A stretch of DNA of 64,000 nt from Octopus sinensis (Eukaryota). This document shows positions 12,328 to 26,177 of the stretch, piece by piece; position 1 is the stretch's first letter, and each line of letters opens with the position of its first letter. The DNA lies in contig NC_043006.1 of assembly GCF_006345805.1 (NCBI RefSeq), positions 23,188,001 to 23,252,000 of the forward strand, written 5' to 3'. Under the pieces are notes generated by a model. That model made no database searches, was not told the origin of the DNA, and was given only the letters and a program-made list of their open reading frames with translations. The translations under genes and the position numbers were made by a program.

Positions 12328-12571
12328 ATATGTAAACTTCTTCAGCAGGCGGTAAACATGAGACAAAATTTCAGCGGTGAGAATGAGAGAACACACGGTA
12401 CAAGATCTGGTCAAATAACCAATAGAACAACAACAACAAAAAGTAATCAGCACACGTTATTTTTCTATTTTATTTACCACCTACTTACATACCTATAGAT
12501 ATGTGTGTGTGTCCGTGTGTCCGTGTACGTAAGTGTGTGTATGTATGTATGTATGTATGTATGTATGTGTG

Positions 12572-12626
<55 letters not shown>

Positions 12627-13361
12627 GTATGTATATCCTCTTAACTGATGCTGTACAAATGACAAAAGGAATTAATCAAACTTCAAAAAGCTTGTTTTTT
12701 TTATATCATACCGCCTGCCTAAAACTTTACTCCCCGAAGTCACTGAACGTCTTCATACACGCGCGCACACACACACACACATACAAACAAACACACACAT
12801 ACACAAACGCGCATATATATATTTATATAGCCCTCGATGTTAATAAGCCAAGCGCGAAGAAAATAGAAACTTGTTTGCTATCAGATAACGGTATTTTTTT
12901 CCCCTTTTTTTAAATACTTTTTTTTTCACAATTATCAGTAATTGTCACTGACTTGTGACTTCAGCACTTCCACTTTTCTTCAGAAGTGGGTGGGGATAGC
13001 TTTGTTTTCTAGTTTTTTTAAATTCATATTTAGGTTGTTTTTAATCTTTATTATTATCATTGTTATTATCACTCAGGCGACGATCTGGCAGAACCTTTAG
13101 CGGCATTTCTTTCGACTCTTTATTCTCTGAGTTCAAATTCCACCGAGGCCGTGCCTCCGACTGAATTAAATCTAAATATTAGGAACCCTGGCTGTGAAAG
13201 AAATATAAGAATAATAAATTCCTTCTATGCTTTCGAGATGTAGGAAAAAAATCAGGAGTATCCTGGTGGACCGTTTCAAGTTTTTGTGATCGCTTCTCAA
13301 TAAAGCATTTTCCTTCCCTGATCAACAACAGTAATATTCAGCCGCCATATAATAGGCTATC

Positions 13362-13734
13362 GTGGAGGCGCAATGGCTCAGTGGTTAGGGCAGCGGACTC
13401 GCGGTCATAGGATCGCGGTTTCGATTCCCAGACCGGGCGTTGTGAGGGTTTATTGAGCGAAAACACCTAAAAGCTCCACGAGGCTCCGGCAGGGGATGGT
13501 GGTGATCCCTGCTGTACTCTTTCACCACAACTTTCTCTCACTCTTACTTCCTGTTTCTGTTGTACCTGTATTTCAAGGGGCCGGCCTTGTCATTATCTGT
13601 GTCACGCTGAATATCCCTAAGGGTACACGTGTCTGTGGAGTGCTCATTCACTTACACATTAATTTCACGAGCAGGCTGTTCCGTTGATTCGGATCAACCG
13701 GAACCCTCATCGTCGTAACCGACGGAGTGCTTCC
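13362..13734 (+). mobile_element. tRNA-derived SINE family C with 11-bp TSD
   Basis: Head GGAGGCGCAATGGCTCAGTGGTTAGG..GGTTTCGATTCCC; TSD AATAGGCTATC. Decayed minus-strand relatives at ~4870-5020 and ~28290-28440. Confidence 0.9.
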
Positions 13735-13897
13735 AATAGGCTATCACCGTAGAGGTTAGCTTAATTTTTATTTCTGCTTTTGACGGTTCGCAATTAATTC
13801 AAATATATTTTATGCACAATACAGTATGTACAAGAAGGACTTTTGCAGCTTTAATATCTAATAATTAAATTTAATATATATTCTTATATATTATCAT

Positions 13898-14166
13898 ATA
13901 TGTGTGTACACTCATATTTAACACATTCGAGTGTACATTCAGACGTGGGAAGACCTTTTGCTGCGAAAATTGTTTCGAGAGAAAATTCTGTTCACAGACA
14001 ATGTGTGAAAACACAATCATCTGATAACGTCATTCGTAGCCAAATGATATGTTTCTCACACATATTGTCTATGAAATGAATTTCCTCCTGAGACTATTTC
14101 CGCAGTGAAAGGTCTTCAAACATCCAAGTGTACACGAACGTGTTAAATATGATTGTACACACATGT
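13898..14166. repeat. Diverged ~270-bp foldback
   Basis: ATGTGTGTACACTCATATTTAACAC..GAAGACCTTT..AGACAAT is mirrored by ATTGTCT..AAAGGTCTTC..GTGTTAAATATGATTGTACACACAT. Confidence 0.85.
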
Positions 14167-14497
14167 ATTTCATTGAACGCTGTTTCATGCGCCTCCTGTA
14201 AATTGAAATTGTTTTGAACCCTTCAAATTATATTCTGTCTAAAAAAAGGGGGACATGTTAGACGATATAATCCCGGAAAGACAAATAAACAAATCATGAT
14301 TAAGTTGAAATGGAATTTGATCTAAAGTCGGTTCGGACTTGAAGCAAAAACAATAAGTATAGTAACACGCATAAAAGAATAGACAAACAGTGGTTGAAAT
14401 TACGATGCCGTGCAAAAGGCTGTAGGAGAAAAGTCAGAAAAAGGTTACAATTTTAACTAGGAAAAAAGTTACAGGAATTTTTTTTTTTATCTAAATA

Positions 14498-14638
14498 TTA
14501 GGTTGTCCCAAAAGTTCGTAAATACTTGCGAAAATTGAATTTTTACTCGCCAAGTACTAACAAAAACAACAAAAATTATTCCTCAAAATAAAGACCATTA
14601 TTTTCCAAGACTTTCTACGAACTTTTGGGACAACCTTA
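14498..14638. mobile_element. 141-bp mariner-type MITE
   Basis: TA|TTAGGTTGTCCCAAAAGTTCGTA..TACGAACTTTTGGGACAACCTTA|TA. Confidence 0.88.
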
Positions 14639-14665
14639 TACTATAAATATGTTAGATAACAAACG

Positions 14666-14858
14666 ATATTTTAAATCAGTTATTAACTTAGAGTACATGA
14701 CTTTTACAGTCTATACATGATGGCATTACACATATTTAAAAAAAAGTTTTATTCAATTTGAATAAATTCAGTAAAATTGAATAAAAGTTGTTTTTTTTTA
14801 CATATGTGTAAAATCATGTAAAAGCCATGTACAGTCGGTTAATAACGATTTAAAATAT
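14666..14858. repeat. Imperfect ~190-bp foldback
   Basis: ATATTTTAAATC/GATTTAAAATAT, GTTATTAAC/GTTAATAAC, TTACACATAT/ATATGTGTAA and TTTTATTCAATTT/AAATTGAATAAAA are nested symmetrically. Confidence 0.75.
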
Positions 14859-15070
14859 TTTTTGTTTCATCAGATTAATTTCTTTTGACTTGTTTCATCA
14901 TGAAACTGCGACCATGCCGGGACGCTGCTTTGAGGAATTTTTAGTCGAACAAATCAATCCCAGTAATTGTTTGTCTTTTTAAAGCCTGATATTTATTCTG
15001 TCGGAGTCTTTTGCCGAGCCGTTAAGGTACGGAGAAGTAAACACTCCAACGCCAGTAGTGATGGGGGACG

Positions 15071-15109
<39 letters not shown>

Positions 15110-15316
15110 GTGTATGTATATATATTTATTTCTTTATTGCCCAGCAGGGGGCTAAACATAGAGGGGACAAACAAGGACAGGCAAAGGAGATATTAAGTTG
15201 ATTACATCGATCCCAATGCGTAACTGGTACTTATTTAATCGACTCCGAAGGGATGAAAGGCAAAGTCAACCTCGGCGGAATTTGAACTCAGACAGTAACG
15301 GCAGACGAAATCCTGC

Positions 15317-16481
15317 GGATCTAGTTTTTTCATGCGTAAAATATGCATTTTTTAAAACGAAGTAAAAAAATCTGAAAATCAGCTATAATAATGTAGTCTT
15401 CCAGTCTCATTGCTATGTTATGGAAAAAAAATTGGAGGAAAGAGTTACAGAGGTTTAAAGATCGGAAAAAAGCTCTGTATTTTTTAGCCAATAGCAAGAC
15501 ATAAATTTTCTGCGGTTAGCGGAGCGGTGTCAACTTTAAGGTTTTACCGTGTGAAATTTGTAGTTTAGCGTCTGTGACATGACCTGTTTATTGTAGGTTT
15601 CTAAATAAACAGAAATACCTAATTAAATCAACATGTATCATCTTACTGTGTCTGTTGTCTCGTCATTGGTTGCATGTTTTTATTATTTTTAAAAATTTGT
15701 TATATTAATATATTTGTCTGCATGTGTTTATGCGTATTTCAGTATTATGTTTATGTCATGTTTTTGTGTACATCATTAATATATAAGCGCATGTAGGTGT
15801 ATGTATTCATATATAAGTTTATATGTGCATTTATGCATTCATGTATGTGTGAAGGGGGCGTCTGCCTCCAAAACTCCAAAGTTGAGGAACGTTTTTATGC
15901 TTGGATTTGTAAACTACGATAAGAATAACACTGGTCAACAGAGAATTTATCCCAAACTAAAGAATACCAGTATCTTATATGTTTTGGCATGCGGAATTCA
16001 AAAATAATGTTAAATTATCTGTATCACCCACAGTTTCTCTGTTCCACGGTATCCCTCTCAGTTCCTGTTACGCGTGCTAAGTTTCAGTTAAGCTAACGGT
16101 TTAAATAATACTCCCAAATTAAATTTTTATGAATAGAATTGAACTAGTGAAATCATAAAGAAAAGACTTAAGGAAATTAAAACAAAACACGCGGGTGAAA
16201 AGAATCTCGTGTATGAAAAATCAACAAAGAAACAGCAGCACAGTAAACAGTGAACCACAACACAGCATGCGGTTGTCATGGTAACAAGCTGCTAATGCCA
16301 CACTATCTGTTGATTGGCTAAACGACTTTAATTCCAAATAACATCAGATTCTTTAAGTTAGGAGATAAAGTAATTGGTTGATTGTAATCAAAATTCAGAG
16401 TGGCATCGATATACCAAAATTGAAAGCAATTTGAGCAAAATTAAAGGGGGCTCATTTTGCGAATGAAAAAAGACTAGATCC
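15317..16481. mobile_element. Non-autonomous TIR element (Mutator-like) inserted into a SINE A copy
   Basis: Termini GGATCTAGTTTTTTCATGCGTAAAAT / ATTTTGCGAATGAAAAAAGACTAGATCC; degenerate 9-bp TSD AAATCCTGC/AAATGCCGC; SINE halves at ~15125-15316 and 16482-16536. Confidence 0.7.
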
Positions 16482-16567
16482 AAATGCCGCTAAACATTTC
16501 GCCCGGAGTGCTAACGTTTCTGCCAGCTCGCCGCCTTGCATATATATATATACATACATATATATAT

Positions 16568-16657
<90 letters not shown>

Positions 16658-16721
16658 TATATATGCATATATATATATATATAAATGAAAAGAATGGAGT
16701 CGAACGAAGATTTTATCAAAA

Positions 16722-16820
16722 TTCCTTTACTTTCGACATATGTTTCGAAGACTGCATATTCTTAATTCTGAAGGAATGAAGGTTGCATTATGCCGTCTTC
16801 TCATCAGGAAATACAACGAA
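16722..16820 (-). ncRNA. Type I hammerhead ribozyme (inverted twin, same sense as Wnt4)
   Basis: Reverse complement of 17010-17108 with two substitutions outside the core; TCATCAG at 16801-16807. Confidence 0.78.
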
Positions 16821-17009
16821 CCTCTATCAGCCTCGAGATGAACAAAAGCTTCTTATCGTCCCCTTCCTATTTTTTTATAACTTCCTCCTTCCATCCAATT
16901 TTGACGCCATTGCATATAACGGATTATTTTAAATAAATACTCATTATCACTGTGGAAACCATGTAGGCAGACGGTAAGAAGCTTTTGTTCGTCTCGTGGC
17001 TGATAGAGG

Positions 17010-17108
17010 TTCCTTGTATTTCCTGATGAGAAGACGGTATAATGCAACCTTCATTCCTTCAGAATTAAGAATATGCAGTCTTCGAAACATATGTCGAAAG
17101 TAAAGGAA
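17010..17108 (+). ncRNA. Type I hammerhead ribozyme, intact core
   Basis: Stem I TTCCTT..TTTC / GAAA..AAGGAA; CTGATGA 17023-29; stem II GAAGAC/GTCTTC; GAAA 17084-87; palindromic stem III CATATG; predicted cleavage after GTC at 17095. Confidence 0.8.
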
Positions 17109-17284
17109 TTTTGATAAAATCTTCGTTCGACTCCATTCTTTTCATTTATTCATATAAAAAAACACACAAATTTCCACGGGGTTCAGCCCTTGGCATGTAA
17201 CTTCAACCGTGTTTTACTGAAGTGAATTTGCTACCCAGGTATCGATTAACAGAATTATCTATACTAGGATAATTCATTCATCTA

Positions 17285-17343
<59 letters not shown>

Positions 17344-17538
17344 CATACATACATACATATACATACATACATATATATATATGTATATAATATATATATA
17401 TTATATACATACATATATATATATATAAATATATGTATGTATATATATATGTATGTGTATATATGTGTATGTATATATATGTATGTATGTATATATATGT
17501 ATGTATGTATATATATATATATGTATGTATATGTATGT

Positions 17539-17574
<36 letters not shown>

Positions 17575-17735
17575 GTATGTATATATATATGTATGTATAT
17601 ATGTATATAATATATATATATATATATATATATTACATGCACGCTGCCTCATATTGCTTCCGCGTTCTCATTGTATGTGTGTATACATACATACATACAT
17701 ACATACATACATACATACATACATACATACATACA

Positions 17736-17770
<35 letters not shown>

Positions 17771-18183
17771 GAGTGAGTGTGTCGCCTGTGTATAAGTGTA
17801 TGTGTATTTATACAAGTACATTCAATCACTTCCTGTCCAGAATGTGTAGTGATTTGACCAGCAAACTATAAAAAAAAAAAATTTTCTAACAATAAAAAAA
17901 GGTTTTGGCAGTAAAAACCAGAGGGATGATAGACGAGAAAGCTGAGCAAACATTATCATCCCCCATATTCCCGGAAAAGCCAGATTAATAGCACAATGGC
18001 TGCAAACATTGTCTTTCCCTCAGTATTTAATGTTTTCTATTTAACTTCTGCAGTTACCAAAAGAAAATGCAGGAGATATGTAAAGGCTTCCTGATCTTTA
18101 GAAAAACAAGTCCGATTGTATATTTTGAATAAATACCAAAGAATAATAAACGGAAGAAAATAGTAAAGCATTTCAAAGATTAT

Positions 18184-18244
<61 letters not shown>

Positions 18245-18354
18245 ATAATATATATATATAAAGTTAATCCAAACAAGAAAAAAAGACAACAACGCAAGGA
18301 TGTGGAACAAATAAAGTATTATTGGACGCTCAGGAAAGAAGGGAAGAAGGAGGG

Positions 18355-18386
18355 TTTGACGTTTCGAGCGGAGCTCTTCGTCGGAA

Positions 18387-18387
<1 letters not shown>
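18355..18387 (-). ncRNA. Minimal PLE-type hammerhead, variant core
   Basis: TTT CCGACGAA GAGC-TCC-GCTC GAAA CG TC AAA, inside a short PLE-like repeat (~18262-18390) flanked by (TA)n. Confidence 0.6.
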
Positions 18388-18433
<46 letters not shown>

Positions 18434-18684
18434 TGTAATATGTATGTATTAAAGAGAAAAAGATTTAAACGCGATTATTCTTTTACGTCTACGTATCGTT
18501 AATGTATGCTTCTGATCAGAGAGAAAAGCTTATATTGTAATGGAATGTCACCGAACCACTGTTAATGATACTGTCTGTGAGTTTATCTATGTACATACAT
18601 ATATATATACATATACGTACATGTGTATGTGTGTGTATATACACACACACACACACACACATACACATACACATATATAAATAT

Positions 18685-19215
18685 ATTTAAAAAGGTTCAG
18701 AGAACACCCACGAGTAAATATATATTGAAAAATAAGAGAAAGAGAAAAAAACGTTTGGAGGACATTATCACGGAAAACAAAAAGAAAATATGTGGAGGTT
18801 TTGGTCGTTTGAGACGATCTTTTCATACTGAACAAAAAAGAAAAATTGAAAGAAAGAAAGTTGTTCTTTCACAGTAAATTGCTTGGCGGTTCGTAAAAAT
18901 TGCATGTTGTTGCATTTCGTACCCTGGTTGTTGGTTGCTGGTAGCTGGTCTTGTTTTTTTCAATAGCAGAAGCAAAAGAGTGACACAAGCGCTGAGAGTT
19001 TTGTGCTTTAGAACTTAAACTTATCGACAAACCATATTTAAAAAAATTTCTTGATCCTTCGAGAAGCGATCAATTACAGAACTCAATGCATGAAGATTGT
19101 TCTTTAATACAATATAACTGAAAGGCTCATATCTTCCAGTACTCTGAGTAACACATTTCCGATTGTCAACTAAGTAATTCGAGCTTGTTTTTCTTGGAAA
19201 TATTTGTTTGAACAT
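18685..19215 (-). mobile_element. Highly decayed Penelope-like 3' remnant
   Basis: Peptide KTSSNYLVDNRKC..FSYIVLK weakly resembles a GIY-YIG C-terminus; degenerate hammerhead-like TATGAAAAGATCGTCTCAAACGACC near 18800-18830. Confidence 0.3.
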
Positions 19216-19251
19216 ATTTGAACTTATGAATAAAATGTCTAACTTTATGTG

Positions 19252-19288
<37 letters not shown>

Positions 19289-19291
19289 ATA

Positions 19292-19323
<32 letters not shown>

Positions 19324-20417
19324 TCTATATATATATATATTACTTTATTTTAAGCAGCAGAAAATTAAACAAAATCTGTTACTCTGAGTTTCTCGTTGCC
19401 GTTCATCAGACAGTTTTTGCTATATATATATATATATATAATATATATATATATAATACACAGAAAGAGAGAGAGAGAGAGAGAGGGAGAGGCATGCAAT
19501 ATAAATTCTTGATTTTTACAACAAAATTTATCTCTGCCTATGCACATATACGCGCACGTACACACTTGGGACGATGTTATCACTATACACACAGCTATCC
19601 ACAATGGCAACGATTTACTCACAACAAACTAGACTCGATCGCACAGCTCCTTTCATTTTAACAACACAGTTTCCCCTACTGGTCATCTACCATCTCATCT
19701 GTTCCTCTAAACTAGCCGACGTCATACATCGTCCACCCAGGAGCACTCCACATATCCGTCTCACCTCATAGAGTCGGGCATTCAGGTCATTTTTCACCAT
19801 TGATGTTTAACAAAATAAGGGTTTTAGTCATCTAACAAATTAAAGTCAGAAATAACGACAAAAGATAAATTATAATTAATTTTTTTTTTTTTTTTACATT
19901 TAAAAAATATCTTTTGTTAGTCCCTACATATTTAATAAATCCCTTAAGTTTAATTTGTAATTCAAGCAAATTGTTAAAATATACAAAATGGCGGCAGGTA
20001 GGTGCCAGAGAATACAAAGTTTTCTGAACAACGAACTATTAAGAAGAATTATAAACGTGTGGAAGTAGAGATTCGTAGACAAAGTAGATTTATTGGTGGC
20101 ACCAAGCACCTTGACAGCATTTACCATTTTAAAGATTATCTCCAGCGCATGTCGCGAATTGTGTTAAGTTTAAATAGATGCCGAGTGAATTCTTTGTGAC
20201 AGAGAGACGAGAGTAAAGAATTTCAAGTAAAGAACCGTCAAAGAAAGAGATAAGAACGACTAGCTAAATGGATGTTTAATATGAAATGGGACTATAATAT
20301 TAACTCGATTTGTGTTCAACGATTATAGCGTGTTGTGTGTATGTGTGTGTGTAAGGGCGTTTTCATGATGTATGTGCATGGTGAATATATTCGTGTGTGT
20401 ATATATATATATTTATA

Positions 20418-20476
<59 letters not shown>

Positions 20477-21214
20477 GTGTGTGTGTGTGAGTGTGTGTGT
20501 GTGAGTGTGTGTGTGTAAGAGCGTTTTCATGATGTGTGTGCATGGTGAATATATTCGTGTGTGTGTGTATATATATAGATGTGTATGTATGTGTGTGAGT
20601 ATGTGTGTGTGTGTGTGTGTATGTATGCATTTGTGTATATTTAAAGAATTTGTAGTGTCAGTATGAGCAAGAAATAATACATATATATTTAGATATACAT
20701 AAATATAGTTTATATGCATACGTATAATATATATATTACACACACGCACACACACATACACAGAGACACTTATTGTATGTATGTATGCATGCTTGTGTGT
20801 ATAGCTATCGTTCTTTCTATTTATCTGTCTATGTATCTATGTGTGTGTATGTGTTGTGCACGTGCGCGCATATATATGCATTTATGTACGTATCTATATA
20901 AATATATATGCATGTATGTGTATATGTATGTACAACCACGTTGGTGTATATTTTATTAAATAATGACTCAGTAATAAAAAAAAATCCTCTGCCGTAATCA
21001 GAGCCTTAGTTAGCAAAATACGGCAGTTGATTTAATCAAAGAATTGGAAGATGGTGGAATCTCTTGATAACCCAACTTTTATACTTGAAAAGAGAACAAC
21101 GAATACAGTTGTTGATGTTGTAGTATCGTTGTTGTTATTGCTGTTGTAGTGTTACAAGAACTGTTAACGTAGCAGTCAAAAACAATTTTCGATTAACTGG
21201 AAAGTGTTAGTAGG

Positions 21215-21339
21215 ATGATGATGATGATGATGATGATGATCCTTTCTACTATAGGCACAAAGCTAGTAATTCTTGGGAGAGAAGTTCGTCGACTGCATCG
21301 ACCCCAGTGCTCAACTGGTACTCATTTTATCGTTCACAA

Positions 21340-21378
<39 letters not shown>

Positions 21379-21433
21379 AAGAAGAAGAAGAAGAAGAAGA
21401 AGAAGAAGAAGAAGAAGAAGAAGAAGAAGAAGA
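21215..21433. repeat. (ATG)n, (AAT)n and (AAG)n microsatellites around SINE fragments
   Basis: Directly visible; they produce the spurious poly-M/I/R ORF. Confidence 0.9.
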
Positions 21434-21929
21434 ATGGTTTCAAATGTTGGCAGAAGGCCAGCAGTTTTTGATTTGGCGGGGAAGTTGATTATATCGATCC
21501 CCAGTTCTTGACTGGTATTTTATCGACGTCCAAAGGATGAAAGGCATAGTTGACCTCGGTGGAATTTGATCTCAGAACATAACGAGTCGTTAAAAATGCT
21601 GTAAGCATTTTGGTTCGACGCGTTAACGATTTTGCTAGCTAGTCACCTCAAAAACAACGACAACAACAGCAACAACAACAATCCTTTCTGCTATAGGCAC
21701 ATGGCCTGAAATTTTAGGGGAAGGGGAAGGCCGATTACATCGATCCCAGTACTCAACTGGTACTTATTTTATCCACCCCAAAAAGGATTTCACTCCCTGA
21801 CTAATTAGTAAAGCAAACAACTGGTACAAACATTAGAACATTGGGCAGAATGCCTTGCTGTAATTGTTCCGAGTCATGTTGTTCTGATTTCAAATATCGC
21901 CAACAAGTGCTGGAGATAATTCCATTAAA

Positions 21930-22665
21930 AAAGGGTAAAGACCTCTTTCGGTCGTGAATGATCATAGGATTGCACCGAAAAAGTTACCCTCTGAGACACA
22001 AGTCCGGGCAAGGTTGTTTTATGGAAGACCAGCCGTCACCCATGCATACCAGTCCCCGCTCTCCACGCCATCGATGTTATCCAAGGCAAAGGCAAAGGCC
22101 GATATAACTTGGCACCAGTGACGTCGCAACTCATGTATAGAGATGGACGTTATCAAAGAAGCTTGAGAGGCGGTTGGATGGAACTTACACTCGCCTCCTT
22201 ATGAGAGCTCAAAATCTCTCGTGGAGGCGTCATCCAACCAAAATGCAAATATATGGGAAACTAACACCTGTGTCATCTCTTGTGAAAGGTAGGAGAGTCC
22301 AGTTTTGCTGGACATTTTTGTAGAGCTGAAAAAGAGGTAATTTCTACTCTTCTCCTCTGGAAGCCATCTACTCGCAATACCAGAGGGCGCACATTCTCCT
22401 ACCCTGATGTAATCTCCAGGGATACAGGCATCCAACAACAAGACCTCCGTAATGCCATGATGGACCGTGAAGTCTGGCGTAGCATGGTAAATTCCATTGT
22501 CTCGACCACGGTCGAACAATGATGATGATGATGATATAGATGAGTGAACTGGAGCGACGTGAAATAAAGTGTTTTGCTCAAGAACGCAACACACAGCCCG
22601 GTCCTGGAATCAATCTCACTACCTCATGATTGTGAGCCCGACACTCTAACCACTGAGCCATGTGC
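21930..22665 (-). mobile_element. tRNA-headed SINE split by a LINE insertion
   Basis: Minus-strand head GCACATGGCTCAGTGGTTAGAGTGTCGGGCTCAC..GATTCCAGGACCGGG; the body resumes at 22140. Confidence 0.7.
22142..22534 (+). mobile_element. 5'-truncated RTE-type LINE 3' end with (TGA)n tail
   Basis: WTLSKKLERRLDGTYTRLLMRAQNLSWRRHPT..FAGH..MMDREVWRSMV (one frameshift); possible TSD TATAGA at 22136-41 and 22535-40. Confidence 0.85.
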
Positions 22666-23506
22666 ATTCACTAATTTCACAAACAATTATGCTTTTAAGG
22701 ATGATAAAACAAATGCTGCTCATTTTATCAACCTCAGAGGGCAAAGTTGGACTGAAAGAGATTTCAAAAGAGAAACGTATCAAAACTATGACTAAATTCT
22801 AATAAAATGTAATTCGTTATGGTCCATTGTTGCATAATTTTCACTAAATTGTAAATATTCAGATATAAATATCTGAAGCTGATTTACACAGTTGAAGTAA
22901 TAATGATATTGATCTTGATCAACAGTTCACGTCTTAGGTAATCATAAACATTCACGGTCACTAGTGAATGAGAGGAGCTTTGATGGAGCTGATAATCCTT
23001 TTGCAATATAGCCACAAAGCCTGAAATTTGGGGAAGGGGACTTAGTTGATTTTATCGACCCCAATACTTGACAGGTACACATTTGATCGACCTCGAAAGG
23101 ATGACAGGTCACGTTGTCCTCGGTGGCATTTGAACTCAGAACGTAATGAGTTGGAAGAAATGCCGCTAAGAACTTTTTGTCCGGCGGGTTAAAGATTCTG
23201 TTTACGCGTAGCCTTAGAAGCTGCGAATAGTTGCAACAAAATCTGCCTCAAATCACATGCTACCGCATTGAGGAAAAACAAAGGAACGGTAAAGGAAGGG
23301 TTCTTGACAAACGAATGATATTAGTTTCATCTGTCATAGTTCTTACTTCAATACACATGTATGTACATAAATACAAATGCATGCACACACTAACACACAT
23401 GCTTGTACAGGCATAGACACTTTGTGATCCATAGTTTCCAAAAGAGTTATTCCACGTTCTCGTGTGTGTAAATTCTTACACACACACTATATATAGATAT
23501 TATATG

Positions 23507-23578
<72 letters not shown>

Positions 23579-25611
23579 CGCATATAAAGGTATACAGGAA
23601 ACTGTAATGCAATATACAAAGAACTAGGGCGGCGAGCTGGCAGAATCGTTAGCACGCCGGGAGAAATGCCAAGCGTTATTTCGTCTGCCATTACGTTCTG
23701 AATTCAAATTCCGCCGAGGTCGACTTTGCCTTTCATCATTTCGGGGTCGATTAAATAAGTACCAGTTATGCACTGGGGTCGATGTAATCGACTTAATCCC
23801 TTTATCTGTCCTTGTTTGTTCCCTCTGTGTGTGTGTGTCCCCCCCATGGACAATAAAGAAATAAATATACAAGGAACTCCCAAGAATTAAGACATTCCAA
23901 TGGCTGAGTGACGGTGTGTATACTTATATGCACACACACACACATGTACATACATTTGCATGTATATGTATATATATAAATATGTGTGTGTATTATGTAC
24001 ATGTATATATCATACATATGTGTGTGTTTTTGTGTGCATGTATTAAAAAAGAGAAGAGTCTTTTTAATCGTGATTTTTCGAGTAATTTTTTTGAAACACA
24101 CACAGGCATATGTACATATACGCAGATGTACACATACGCGCGCGCACCAACGCACATACACTCACGCCTGAATTTGTTTGCGGAAAAGAGATTGTTTATA
24201 AGATATTTAGTTACACCATCTTACGTTTCATTAACATAAATTTATTATTAATTACACGATGTAAGTTACACTGTCAAATCATCAGAGACATTTTAGTTTT
24301 GTATGTAACATTGTTGAATTGCAAACATGTTGACAGAATTCATTGTCATGGAGATGGTATAGAGCTGCGTATACACATAAAATATTTTACATACAAGAGA
24401 TTTCTTATTTATGGAAATCCAAAGGAAGTTAAATATAACTTTATGACCATCTACTCTTTGACTGTTGCCAACTACCAACCAATTAACTTCAATATTTCAA
24501 ACGAATAAATTATATCTATTTCTTTACTACCCACAAGGGGCTAAACACAGAGGAGACAAACAAGGACAGACAAACGGATTAAGTCGATTACATCGACTCC
24601 AGTGCGTAACTGGTACTTAATTTATCGATCCCGGAAGGATGAAAGGCAAAGTCGACCTCGGCGGAATTTGAACACGGAACGTAACGGCAGACGAAATACG
24701 GCAACGCATTTCGCCCGGCGTGCTAACGTTTCTGCCAGCTCGCCGCCTTATAAATGATATCACGAATAAATGATATCACCATTCCACATGGATAACAGAA
24801 TAAGTAGAATGGAAGATTAAACTTATTTGGAGCATTTTAAAGTTCAAATCGTACTATCATTCACCTTTCTAGAATCGTTTGAAAATAAGATACCAGCCAT
24901 GTACTGAGGTCGACACAATCAACTATATCTTCCAGTTTTCCAGGAATATAGCACATATGAAATTTCGGTGACGTAGTGACCTATCTATCAGCCGCCGTAA
25001 ACATTAAGCTTCTATTTTATCCTAGGGGTTTGTTGCCTTTGAGACATCAACTCAAGATAAATCAATAATTTCGAATAACTTATGACAAGGTTTCAAATCT
25101 GGTAAGTTGTTCAGGTTTGTTTAGATTTGTTTTTATTTTCGAACAATAGAAACCTATTTCTCCACGAATGATCAATGAGATTTCAGAATGAGTTTAGAAG
25201 AAGCGTACAACGATACGCCAAAGCCCGCGCCTCATGTGAGATGTCTGAAATATCATTGTTTAGTCTATTGCGATAAAGAGATTAAGAGTTAGGAGACAAC
25301 TTCCTCAGATCTGTCAGATAAACCGTGATTGTTCAGATTAGAGTCAAACCGACAATCCCCGGTGGACTTGTATTGTTTGGCTTTGACTAAGCAACTTGCA
25401 GTAGGCGAGTTTTGTATGAAATCCATTGTGTGTGTGTGTGTGTGTGAGTGTGTGTGTGCGTGTGTGCCACTATGTGTGTGTGTGTGTTTGAGCGTATGTA
25501 CGTGTGTGCGTGAATGCGTGTAGGAGCCCGCCCGTACGCATGAGTATCCACATGGGAAAATCAAGATACCAGAATAACGACGGAACGATATATATGTATA
25601 TATATATACAT

Positions 25612-25703
<92 letters not shown>

Positions 25704-25713
25704 TATATGTATA

Positions 25714-25760
<47 letters not shown>

Positions 25761-25836
25761 CATATATGTATATATACATATAATGTATATATACATATAC
25801 ATGTATATATACATATACATGTATATATATGCATGC

Positions 25837-25873
<37 letters not shown>

Positions 25874-26123
25874 TATATACATATATATACACATATGCAT
25901 GTGTACTCACACACACACACACATATATAACCATGCATGTATGTACGTATATGTATATATACTATGTTTGTAAGTATATATTTTGAATGAAATATACGCA
26001 ACAACGATGTCCCCCATGCAGCTATGACTACAACACACCACACACGTATAATAATATAATATATTTATATGTACTCATGTCTGTCAGTCCGTCTGTATAT
26101 TCTTCGCTTGGATTATCTATCTA

Positions 26124-26177
<54 letters not shown>

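Larger units (their letters stand above)
16681..17285. mobile_element. Penelope-like terminal-repeat remnant with an inverted duplication, in a (TA)n tract
   Basis: 16681-~16857 is the near-perfect reverse complement of ~16972-17149; each arm carries a hammerhead motif. Confidence 0.8.

Noticed and set aside
13362-13440. tRNA-like sequence (also 41049 and 22600-22665)
   Set aside because: SINE heads followed by SINE bodies (with TSDs at 13362 and 41049); no complete cloverleaf.
24110-24508. CKHVDRIHCHG resembling Wnt CKCHG
   Set aside because: Wrong strand and no other Wnt similarity.
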